Shown piece after piece: positions 7,721 through 17,268 of a stretch of DNA of 64,000 nucleotides. The stretch comes from Propionibacteriales bacterium (GTDB lineage Bacteria > Actinomycetota > Actinomycetes > Propionibacteriales > Nocardioidaceae). The DNA lies in NCBI GenBank assembly GCA_038252945.1, contig JBBSHN010000004.1, forward strand, positions 357 through 64,356, in the 5' to 3' direction. Position numbers and translations under genes: made by a program. Under the pieces are notes generated by a model. The model did not search any database. It saw only the letters and a program-made list of their open reading frames with translations, and was not told the origin of the DNA. The first letter of the stretch is position 1. The number at the start of each line of letters is the position of its first letter.

Positions 7721-9784
7721 ATGACGGACAAGCCGGCGGCATTGGTCCTCGGCGGGGCGGGCTTCGTTGGGTCCGCTCTCTGCCGACGGCTGCGCGAGCA
7801 GGAGCATTCCGTCGTCGCTGTCGACCGACGGGAACCGGCAGCCCCGGATGCATGGCTGCGGTATGACGCTCTCACCGACGAGCCGGCAGATCTTCCGGCG
7901 GGAGAGCTTTTTCTCGTCCTTGGAGCCAGTGACCCTCGCCCCAGACGGCCGTGGACCTTGGTGCTCGAGAACGCGCTCGCCACAGCGCGCCTCCTGCCTG
8001 CTATGAAAGATCGTCGGGTCACGCTCGCATCCTCAGTCGAGGTCTACGGCTCCGCGGCCGCGCCTCTGCGAGAGGAGTCGACGCCCACGCTGCCGTTGTC
8101 GACCGAGGAGCTGGAGAACTGGTGTCTGACTGCCGAGCGGTTGAGCACCTCCCCGTGCCCTCCGTGGAGAGCAGAACGGACGGCAAGGGAGCTCGCTGAC
8201 GCTGATCCGTCCGGTCGATGGGTGTACGCACTGTCTAAATCCGCGCAGGAAATGCTCGTTCGCAAGGCCGTTGCTCCAGATCGCCTCCGCGTGCTCCGGC
8301 CGGCGAACCTGTTCGGTGTGGGTCAAGACCGTGTCGTCAGTCGTCTCGTGCGCCGGGTGCTCAACGGACGCACCGTCACGGTCACAGATTGCCTGCGGAC
8401 GTTTTCGCCCGTCGAGGAGCTGGTTGACGCGCTCCTCCTTGAGGAGACCGGTACCTTCAACGTGGGTTCGAGCGTCGTTTCGCTGGTCGAGCTGGCGAAG
8501 GAGATCGTCGAGCTTGTGGGGCATGACGTTCCGATCGAGGTGCTGCCGGCTCCGGACAACGACACGTGCGGCGTCGTCGACTCGAGCCTGCTCGCGAGCA
8601 GGGGATTCAGAGCCCGCTCGTTCGACGCCGCCCTCAAGGAGCTGGTGAACCAGCTGCGATTCGAGCACGTGCCAATCTTCGAGCCCCCTCTACCCGTGGT
8701 CATTCCACCGCGACCCGAGCAGCCGTCTCTACTCGCGGACCGACAGTTGGGGTGTCAATGGAGCGGCCGAGTCAAGCACGGGAATTATTGGACGGGCCGG
8801 CTGACCGATGAGCTCACGGAACGTCTTCGCCTACCGCCGGACAAGCGGCTCATTGTCACCAACACCGGGACTTCTGCCCTTCGGCTCCTGCTCTGGTCAA
8901 CTGTTGGGCCGGCCAAGCCCCGGCAGGCGGTGGCGCTGCCGGCGTACACGTTTCCGGCGACCGCTGAGGTCGCGTTGCAGCTCGGGTACAACCTGCGCTT
9001 CTGCGACGTGGACGCTGACTTCTGGACCATGACGGCGGAGAGCCTGCATGAGGCGTTGGACGAGCGGGTCCAAGCCGTGATATCGGTAGACACCTTCGGC
9101 AATCCGGTGCACTACAACGAGCTGCTTGGGGTGTGTCGCGCGGCCGCCATACCGCTGCTTGCGGATTCCGCACCTTCGCTGGGCAGTTGGTATCAGGGCG
9201 TTCCGGTGGGAGGCCAGGCGGACGGACACGCGTTCTCCATGAGCTTTGCCAAGGCTCTGACGGCAGGAGGCAGCGGAGGCGCAGTCGTTGTGCCCGCGGC
9301 AGCAAGCTTGAGCGGCCCCGAGAACCTGCTGCGCTCCTCCCTGATGCCCGAGATCAACGCGGCGGCCGCCTTGGACCTCCTTCCGGTGCTGGACGATCTG
9401 GTGTCGCGACGGCAAGAGATCGCCGACACGTACCAGGAGATGTGCGGGCGCTATCCCGACGTGCAGCACCAACGGATCCGGTCCGACGCCCGCTCAAGCT
9501 GGGTGCACTGGGTGATGTGTCTCGGACCGCGGTATGGCAGGGAGTCGGTAGTGGCCGGCTTGCGAAGACTGGGAGTGGAGACCAAGCCGTACTACTGGCC
9601 AGCGCTGCACGAGGCGGAGTGGCAGCACGGCTGGGAGCCCGGAAGCGCCTCCCGAGAGGCTCTGCCCGTCAGTTCCCGACTTCACCGGTCCGCACTTGCG
9701 CTCCCCATGTCGTCAGAGATGACGCTGTCCGACGCAGAGCGCGTCTCCTCGGCTGTTGACTCGGTGTTTGCCGAGTTCCACTAG
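7721..9784 (+). CDS. NAD-dependent sugar epimerase/dehydratase (SDR) fused to a DegT/DnrJ/EryC1/StrS-family PLP aminotransferase
   Basis: GGGGAGG lies 9 nt before ATG7721. N-terminal motifs are the Rossmann 'VLGGAGFVGSAL', 'SSVEVYG' and the catalytic 'YALSK'. C-terminal motifs are 'TNTGTSALRL', 'LPAYTFPAT', 'DVDADFWTM', 'VDTFGNP' and the Lys motif 'SMSFAKALTAG'. Confidence 0.85.
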   Translation: MTDKPAALVLGGAGFVGSALCRRLREQEHSVVAVDRREPAAPDAWLRYDALTDEPADLPAGELFLVLGASDPRPRRPWTLVLENALATARLLPAMKDRRVTLASSVEVYGSAAAPLREESTPTLPLSTEELENWCLTAERLSTSPCPPWRAERTARELADADPSGRWVYALSKSAQEMLVRKAVAPDRLRVLRPANLFGVGQDRVVSRLVRRVLNGRTVTVTDCLRTFSPVEELVDALLLEETGTFNVGSSVVSLVELAKEIVELVGHDVPIEVLPAPDNDTCGVVDSSLLASRGFRARSFDAALKELVNQLRFEHVPIFEPPLPVVIPPRPEQPSLLADRQLGCQWSGRVKHGNYWTGRLTDELTERLRLPPDKRLIVTNTGTSALRLLLWSTVGPAKPRQAVALPAYTFPATAEVALQLGYNLRFCDVDADFWTMTAESLHEALDERVQAVISVDTFGNPVHYNELLGVCRAAAIPLLADSAPSLGSWYQGVPVGGQADGHAFSMSFAKALTAGGSGGAVVVPAAASLSGPENLLRSSLMPEINAAAALDLLPVLDDLVSRRQEIADTYQEMCGRYPDVQHQRIRSDARSSWVHWVMCLGPRYGRESVVAGLRRLGVETKPYYWPALHEAEWQHGWEPGSASREALPVSSRLHRSALALPMSSEMTLSDAERVSSAVDSVFAEFH

Positions 9785-9992
9785 ACAGCACCCAGGGCGG
9801 AGATCAGGCTGCTAGACGTAGTGGAGAAAAGTCCGGATTAATGGGTATCTTCCGGCCAGTTTTGGTCCTAGTGTTGATCGTGCTTGGCCCGCCCCCTGCC
9901 GCCAGCGTATTGAGCAGTTGATGCTCTTCGTGCCTCGCCAGAGGAGGTCTAAAGCGACCGACGACTGAACCTAGCCAGCAGGGAGATCAACG

Positions 9993-11102
9993 ATGCGTCG
10001 AGCCGTCAAAGCATTGGTGCCCGCGACAGCTCTCCTGCTTGTCGGAGCCACTGCGGCGATGGCCGCGGTGTCAGATACGCCGCGTGCCACTGCGTCAGTG
10101 AACGGCATTGTTCGCGACGTGCTGGTGCTAGGCAACACCGTTTACGTCGCCGGGCTTTTCGACTCTGTGCGCGGCCCGTCAGGATCGACGTACATCAGGC
10201 ACAACGTGGCGGCATTCAACGCGTCAACCGGCGCCGTGAAGAAGTGGGATCCCAACGCTGACGACCAGGTGTATGCACTGGCTGCGCTCGACTCCGGTCA
10301 GATCGCTCTTGGGGGAGTCTTCAACACGGTCGGCTCAGCGAGGCACAGGCACCTGGCGGTCGTGAGCTCCGCGAGCGGCACCATAAAAACATCGTTCACG
10401 GCCTCCGCGAATGGCAAGGTCCGAGCCCTGGCGGTCGGCACGAACGGGTGGCTCTACGTGGGCGGCACGTTCACCTCCATCAGCGGACAGCCGAGCAGCG
10501 GACTCGCCGCCTTCGACGGGAACACGTTCACGTTGGAGCCTTGGGTTCCGCAGGCCGATGGCGGTGCGGTGCTGACGCTTGACGCCGCCAAGGGTTTGAT
10601 CTTTGTAGGCGGCAAATTCACCTCCCTTGGCATCGAGGCAGGATCCGGCTACCTGGACGGTTTGGACCCGAAAAGTGGGGCGATCAGGTGGAATCCGTCG
10701 ACGAGCATTCCGGTGCATGACGTGGCGGTTGGCAAGACATCCGTGTACGTCGCCGCTGACGGCAAGGGTGGGCACCTGTACGCCTACAACCTCAGCGGTG
10801 CTGGCCGCAAGTGGACGGTGACCACGGACGGTGGAGTCCAGGCTGTCGCGGTGATCGGCACCGACGTCTACTTCGGTGGTCACTTCGACAACGTCGGGAG
10901 TACGCACCTGCGTAAGCTGGCAGTGGCAACCACCACCGGAACTCTGCAATCCTCGTGGGCGCCGCAGGCGAACTCGAATCAAGGCGTATTCGTGTTGGCG
11001 AAAGGGTCGAACTCCAGCGGCTCATTCCTCGTCGCCGGAGGAGCCTTCACCACCTTCGACGGCGGAATCATCAAGCAAGCGGGCTACGCCGAGTTCCAGT
11101 AG
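9993..11102 (+). CDS. Secreted beta-propeller-like repeat protein (function unknown)
   Basis: GGGAG lies 7 nt before ATG9993. The signal peptide is 'ALVPATALLLVGATAAMAAV'. Blades recur about every 45 aa ('VYVAGLFDSV', 'IALGGVFNTV', 'LYVGGTFTSI', 'IFVGGKFTSL', 'VYFGGHFDNV', 'LVAGGAFTTF'). Confidence 0.7.
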   Translation: MRRAVKALVPATALLLVGATAAMAAVSDTPRATASVNGIVRDVLVLGNTVYVAGLFDSVRGPSGSTYIRHNVAAFNASTGAVKKWDPNADDQVYALAALDSGQIALGGVFNTVGSARHRHLAVVSSASGTIKTSFTASANGKVRALAVGTNGWLYVGGTFTSISGQPSSGLAAFDGNTFTLEPWVPQADGGAVLTLDAAKGLIFVGGKFTSLGIEAGSGYLDGLDPKSGAIRWNPSTSIPVHDVAVGKTSVYVAADGKGGHLYAYNLSGAGRKWTVTTDGGVQAVAVIGTDVYFGGHFDNVGSTHLRKLAVATTTGTLQSSWAPQANSNQGVFVLAKGSNSSGSFLVAGGAFTTFDGGIIKQAGYAEFQ

Positions 11103-11114
11103 CGCCTCGCGGCG

Positions 11115-12299
<1,185 letters not shown>

Positions 12300-12314
12300 T
12301 GCGCACTCCTTGGC

Positions 12315-13517
12315 TCACACCGTCGAGTATGGCGACGAGACCACTCTGCCCGTCACTTCACCGAGCATTACCCGGGTGCCGCGCGGACCCGGCGCCCAGC
12401 CGCGAAGAGTCACGACGTCGCCGTCCTCCAGGAACCCGCGGGCGGTCCCGTCGTCGAGCTGCAGGGGGTCGGTGCCGTTCCACGTCCGCTCGAGCAGGCT
12501 GCCGAACGTCTCCGGTGCCTCCCCGCTGACCGTGCCGGAGGCGAACAGGTCGCCGACGCGGAGGCCGGCGCCGTTGACCGTCAGGTGGGCCAGCATCTGC
12601 GCCGGTGACCAATACATGTCGCGGTACTCGGGCTTGGCGACCACGGTGCCGTTGAGCACCACCTCCAGGTGTAGGTCGAGCCCGCACGCCGCCTCACCGC
12701 CGGACAGATAGGGGAGCGGCTCAGGTTGCTGCATCGGCAGCGGAACCTGAGCGGCTTCGAGCGCCTCAAGCGGCACCACCCAGGCCGAGATGCTGGTGGC
12801 GAATGACTTGCCCAGGAACGGGCCGAGCGGCACGTACTCCCACGCCTGGATGTCGCGGGCGCTCCAGTCGTTGAGCAGCACGACGCCGAAGATGTAGTTC
12901 CAGGCCTCTGTGATGGGCACCGGCTGCCCGAGCTGGCTGGACCGGCCAACGACGAAGCCAACTTCGCACTCGATGTCGAGCCGCGTGCTCGGACCGAATG
13001 GCGGTCGCCGGTTGGGTTGTGGGCTTCGCTGACCTTGGGGCCGGATGACGTCGGTGCCGCTGACGATCACGGTGCCGGCGCGGCCGTGGTAGCCGATCGG
13101 AAGGTGCTTCCAGTTCGGAGGAAGCCCAGGGGAGTCGGGGCGGAAGATCTCACCCACGTTCGAGGCGTGCGACTTGCTGGCATAGAAGTCGACGTAGTCG
13201 GCAACCTCCAGCGGCAAACGCATTGTCACATCGTCCAGCGGCACCACGACGACGGCGTCGGGATCGGGGCAGCGGGCCACGTCCGCGACCCGTGCGCGTA
13301 CGTCGCGCCAGGCAGCCGGCCCCAGTGCCATGAACGCGTTCAACGATGGTGAGGCGAAGACCTCGGCATTTGGCCACTGCGATGCTGCCGCGGTCGCGGC
13401 TAGGTCCAACACCGAGTCGCCAAGGCGTACACCGATGCGCGGCGGCTCGCCCGGGCGCTCGAACACGCCGTATGGCAGCGTCCCAAGGCCGAACGGCGAG
13501 TCGCTGCTGTCGGTCAT
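12315..13517 (-). CDS. fahA: Fumarylacetoacetase
   Basis: The N-terminal 'FGLGTLPYGVF' and the 400-aa length are typical of fumarylacetoacetase. The gene is adjacent to homogentisate dioxygenase. Its start overlaps the upstream stop (ATGA at 13514-13517). Confidence 0.85.
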   Translation of the reverse strand: MTDSSDSPFGLGTLPYGVFERPGEPPRIGVRLGDSVLDLAATAAASQWPNAEVFASPSLNAFMALGPAAWRDVRARVADVARCPDPDAVVVVPLDDVTMRLPLEVADYVDFYASKSHASNVGEIFRPDSPGLPPNWKHLPIGYHGRAGTVIVSGTDVIRPQGQRSPQPNRRPPFGPSTRLDIECEVGFVVGRSSQLGQPVPITEAWNYIFGVVLLNDWSARDIQAWEYVPLGPFLGKSFATSISAWVVPLEALEAAQVPLPMQQPEPLPYLSGGEAACGLDLHLEVVLNGTVVAKPEYRDMYWSPAQMLAHLTVNGAGLRVGDLFASGTVSGEAPETFGSLLERTWNGTDPLQLDDGTARGFLEDGDVVTLRGWAPGPRGTRVMLGEVTGRVVSSPYSTV

Positions 13518-14326
13518 GACGCCTCCATCTCCAGCAGTCCCAGCCGCACGAGCTCGTGGACCGGGTCCTCCACGCCGCAGCAGCCGAACGACACGAACTC
13601 TTCGCGGACGACCGCAGCCTCAGCGGTTGACCACGAGTCGACCTCGTTGGTGACTGCGTCCTCGTTGCGAACGGTCAGCACATCGGCGACCGTCCCTGCA
13701 TCAGCTCCCTGTCGAGCCAGCAACGAGCCGTGCATCAGGTTGAGGAAGCCGTGGTGCTCGAAGCCGGTGGACGGATCTGTGCACCGGACGGCCGAGTGGA
13801 GGCCGGCCGTGAACTTCAGCGGTGCCCGAACGGTCGCCGAGATCACCAACACCTCGGCCGCCGTGTCCACGCTGGGAAAGGCGTCCGCAATGGTGCCTCC
13901 GGTGCGGAACTTGCCGATGACGTCTCGTCCCTTTGCGCGCTGTTCGGCCACGGCTGCGAGCAGCTCGGACCGGTCTTGACCCGGCATCTCGCACGCCAGC
14001 CGGCGCGACGCCGCAACGACAGGGAGCGGGGTGCCGGTCACGGGCACCTCGAATCCGACCAGGTCCAGTGCGGCGGGCAGGTGCTGTGGCTCCCTCGACG
14101 AGCCCACCACAGTGACAGCCAGCGGAGGTGACCCCGCCGCCGCATGAGCGTCGAGGAACTCCTCCCACCGCTGGGCCGAGACCAGGAGCGGCCCGACGAG
14201 GCCCGCGTATGGCGACCGTTTGTGCTGGAGATGTTCGGTGATTGCGACAGACGCCGGCGCGTTGCCCGGAGGGAACATGGCCGCGTCATCGAGCAGGCCA
14301 CCGAACAGCCCAGGCGTCGTTGACAC
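13514..14326 (-). CDS. Hypothetical protein inside the homogentisate operon (unknown family)
   Basis: Same frame as track ORF 13514..14464. The upstream part would collide with the divergent hmgA start, so GTG14326 (or ATG14278) is chosen; the start is uncertain. Motifs 'GKFRTGG' and 'LKFTAGLHSAVR' are noted but not assigned. Confidence 0.6.
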   Translation of the reverse strand: MSTTPGLFGGLLDDAAMFPPGNAPASVAITEHLQHKRSPYAGLVGPLLVSAQRWEEFLDAHAAAGSPPLAVTVVGSSREPQHLPAALDLVGFEVPVTGTPLPVVAASRRLACEMPGQDRSELLAAVAEQRAKGRDVIGKFRTGGTIADAFPSVDTAAEVLVISATVRAPLKFTAGLHSAVRCTDPSTGFEHHGFLNLMHGSLLARQGADAGTVADVLTVRNEDAVTNEVDSWSTAEAAVVREEFVSFGCCGVEDPVHELVRLGLLEMEAS

Positions 14327-14430
14327 GCCAGCACCGTACTGTAATCGTGAAGAGCGATTTCCTGCCTCCGAAGCTGGCCAACGGCCTCGGCCCGCTAACG
14401 GTTCGATAAGCGCCCGAAGGAGGGGAACCA

Positions 14431-15678
14431 GTGGCCTACTACCGGTCGTGCGGATCTGTGCCACCCAAGCGGCACACCCAGCACCGCCCAGACGGTGGAG
14501 CGCTCGCCTACGAGGAGCTCATGGGAGAGGAGGGCTTCTTCTCCGACTCCTCACTGCTCTACCACCACAATCTGCCGTCTCGAATTATCGACGCGCAGTG
14601 CTGGGTTCCCGGCAATCTGGAGACCACGCCGAATCACCCACTGTTGCCGCGACACCTGCAACTGCATCGGCTCTTCAAGGACGAAGCGGGCGCAGTCGCT
14701 GACGTGGACGTCGTCACGGGACGCCGACTCGTCTTGGGTAACCCCGACGTCCGTATCTCCTACGTCGTCGCGGGCTCTCCCTCTCCGCTGTACCGCAACG
14801 GGCTCGGCGACGAGTGCCTGTACGTCGAGCGGGGAGCGGCGCGGGTCGAGACCATCTTCGGCGCGTTCGAGGTCGGCCAAGGCGATTACGTCATCATGCC
14901 GCGGGCTACCACGCATCGGTGGATTCCGCGAGCCGGCGACGAGCTACTTCGAGTTTACTGCATCGAGGCGAACTCGCATCTCACTCCGCCTAGGCGGTAC
15001 CTCTCCAAATTTGGGCAGCTGCTCGAGCACTCGCCGTACTCTGAGCGGGATCTCCGTGGTCCGGAAGGGCCGCTGCTCGCCGGAGATCTCGGCGAGGATC
15101 AGGACGCGGAGACCGAGGTCTACGTCAAGCATCGTGGCAGCGGACCGAGCGGTGCGGTGGGCACGATCTTCACGTACCCCTTCCACCCGTTCGACGTAGT
15201 GGGCTGGGATGGCTGCCTGTACCCGTACGTCTTCAACGTCGCGGACTTTGAGCCGATCACCGGCCGGGTGCACCAGCCACCGCCGGTGCACCAGGTGTTC
15301 GAGGCTCACAACTTCGTAGTGTGCAACTTCGTGCCTCGCAAGGTGGACTACCATCCGCTGGCCATTCCGGTGCCGTACTACCACTCGAACGTCGACAGCG
15401 ACGAGGTGATGTTCTACGTCGACGGTGACTACGAGGCGCGCAGAGGCTCCGGCATCGCGAAGGGTTCCATCACGCTGCATCCTGGTGGCCACGCGCACGG
15501 TCCGCAGACCGGAGCCTACGAGCGGTCCATCGGCACTGAGTTCTTCGATGAGCTTGCCGTCATGGTCGACACGTTCCGGCCGCTCGAGCTGGGCGAGGCA
15601 GGCGTCACAGCAGACGACGGCGCCTACGCGTGGTCGTGGGCTCGGGGCGCCGATTCAGGGACCGACGGCACCGGCTGA
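14431..15678 (+). CDS. hmgA: Homogentisate 1,2-dioxygenase (actinobacterial type)
   Basis: AAGGAGG lies 7 nt before GTG14431. The N-terminal 'YYRSCGSVPPKRHTQHRPDGG...YEELMGEEGFFSDSSLLYH' and the His-rich 'YYHSNVDSDEVMFY...HPGGHAHGP' match my recollection of actinobacterial HmgA. Confidence 0.8.
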   Translation: MAYYRSCGSVPPKRHTQHRPDGGALAYEELMGEEGFFSDSSLLYHHNLPSRIIDAQCWVPGNLETTPNHPLLPRHLQLHRLFKDEAGAVADVDVVTGRRLVLGNPDVRISYVVAGSPSPLYRNGLGDECLYVERGAARVETIFGAFEVGQGDYVIMPRATTHRWIPRAGDELLRVYCIEANSHLTPPRRYLSKFGQLLEHSPYSERDLRGPEGPLLAGDLGEDQDAETEVYVKHRGSGPSGAVGTIFTYPFHPFDVVGWDGCLYPYVFNVADFEPITGRVHQPPPVHQVFEAHNFVVCNFVPRKVDYHPLAIPVPYYHSNVDSDEVMFYVDGDYEARRGSGIAKGSITLHPGGHAHGPQTGAYERSIGTEFFDELAVMVDTFRPLELGEAGVTADDGAYAWSWARGADSGTDGTG

Positions 15679-15814
15679 ACTCGAGGTTTCCGCCTTCGCT
15701 TCGTCGGGATTTCGGTCAGCTCGCTGCGGCTGACATGTGCGAGGCGTGCGGTTGCGGCGTACTAAGGTTTCGGTGTGGCGGGAGGTTGCCGCCGCGGCGG
15801 GTGCGGAGGAGCGC

Positions 15815-16432
15815 GTGGCTGATCAGCCGGAAGTTGTCACCAATCGCATCATTACCGTGCCGAATGTGCTGAGCATTGCGCGCTTGTTCGGCGTGCCGCT
15901 GTTCCTGTGGCTGGTGCTTGTCCCACATGCCGACGGCTGGGCGCTCGTGGTGCTCATGATCTCCGGTATCACCGACTGGCTCGACGGAAAGCTGGCTCGC
16001 ACACTCAACCAGGCCTCGAAGCTTGGGCAGTTGCTCGATCCGGTGGCAGACCGCCTCTACATTCTGGCGGTCGTGATCGGCCTGGCACTTCGACAGATCA
16101 TTCCGTGGTGGCTCGCCGTGCTGCTGCCCATGCGCGACGTGCTGCTCTTCGTTTTGGTGCCGTTTTTGCGCACCCGCGGATACAGCGCCTTGCCCGTCCA
16201 TTTCCTCGGCAAGGCCGCCACAGCCAGCCTGCTCTACGCGTTCCCGCTGCTCCTGCTCGGGGACGGCCCGGGAGATCTGCAGACCTCCGCAAACGTCCTC
16301 GGGTGGGCTTTTGCCATCTGGGGAGCGGGGCTCTACTGGTGGGCTGGCGTTCTATACACCTACCAGGTCGTCCAGCTGCTGCGGCGGCCACGCGCCTCTG
16401 CCGGCGCGCCTGCAGCAAGGACGCCGGCGTGA
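15815..16432 (+). CDS. pgsA: CDP-alcohol phosphatidyltransferase (PgsA-like)
   Basis: 'DWLDGKLARTLNQASKLGQLLDPVAD' matches D-x2-DG-x2-AR...G-x3-D-x3-D. The start is placed at GTG15815, 4 nt after GGAGGA; the track ORF begins at 15737. Confidence 0.85.
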   Translation: MADQPEVVTNRIITVPNVLSIARLFGVPLFLWLVLVPHADGWALVVLMISGITDWLDGKLARTLNQASKLGQLLDPVADRLYILAVVIGLALRQIIPWWLAVLLPMRDVLLFVLVPFLRTRGYSALPVHFLGKAATASLLYAFPLLLLGDGPGDLQTSANVLGWAFAIWGAGLYWWAGVLYTYQVVQLLRRPRASAGAPAARTPA

Positions 16433-17268
16433 CCGGCTCCTTGGGCCATGATGACCGGGCCGACAGGCGGTCGGTTGGCCAGAACCTCCTCACCCAGATC
16501 CTCGACAACTCCCTCGAAGAGGACTACCGCGCGGTCGCGGAGGCTCGCGGTGGCGACTCGCCATCGTCGCGCGGCAGCCGACTGCGGCTGCTGGGAGTCG
16601 TCGCGGTCTTCGGCGTACTGATCAGTACGTCAGCGGTACAGACGCAACAGGATCGGCCGCAGGCTCTGGTGGAGCGAGCAGGTCTGATCTCCGAGATCAG
16701 GGCGCGGCAACACCGGCTCGACTCGCTGGAGACACAACTGCGTACTCTGCAGTCCGACGTCGCCGCGTTGCAGACGCAGGCGGCCCAGCAGTCCGATGTG
16801 CAGGCCAAGCTGAGCGGCGAGGTGAGCACACTCGGTGTGGCCGCCGGCACCGCCTCTGTGCGCGGCCCGGGCATCGTCATCACGACCGACGACGGGCCGA
16901 GCGCGGCGGGAAGCGCGGGCACCATCGCCGACAGTGACCTCCAAGCGCTTATCAACAGTCTCTGGGCGGCGGGGGCCGAGGCGATCGCCGTCAACGGCCA
17001 CCGGCTTACGCCGCTCACCGCCATAAGGCTCGCGGGCCAGGCCATCACCGTCGACTACCGCTCGCTACGGCCGCCGTACGTCGTCCAGGCCATCGGCAAC
17101 CCCAACCTGCTGCCCTCTCGGCTTCTCCAGACTCAGGGCGGCCAGCTGTGGCTGAGCCTGCGAGCCAACTTCGGCATCCGTTTCACCGTGCGCGCCAGCA
17201 ACCAGATCACACTGCCTGGGCAGGCTCACGTCTCGCTGCTGTGGGCGCGACATCGGATACGGCGATGA
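16429..17268 (+). CDS. DUF881 domain-containing membrane protein
   Basis: GTG16429 overlaps the pgsA stop (GTGA). The protein has one TM segment ('LLGVVAVFGVLISTSAV'), a coiled region, then 'GPGIVITTDD...AGAEAIAVNGHRL...PPYVVQAIG'. It is syntenic with Rv1823. Confidence 0.8.
   Translation: MTGSLGHDDRADRRSVGQNLLTQILDNSLEEDYRAVAEARGGDSPSSRGSRLRLLGVVAVFGVLISTSAVQTQQDRPQALVERAGLISEIRARQHRLDSLETQLRTLQSDVAALQTQAAQQSDVQAKLSGEVSTLGVAAGTASVRGPGIVITTDDGPSAAGSAGTIADSDLQALINSLWAAGAEAIAVNGHRLTPLTAIRLAGQAITVDYRSLRPPYVVQAIGNPNLLPSRLLQTQGGQLWLSLRANFGIRFTVRASNQITLPGQAHVSLLWARHRIRR

Noticed and set aside
15907-16428. The N-terminal 174 codons of the 453-aa track ORF 15907..17268.
   Set aside because: This part overlaps pgsA in another frame and is Arg/Ala/Pro-rich. 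The DUF881 homology and the TM segment begin after GTG16429, which overlaps the pgsA stop.
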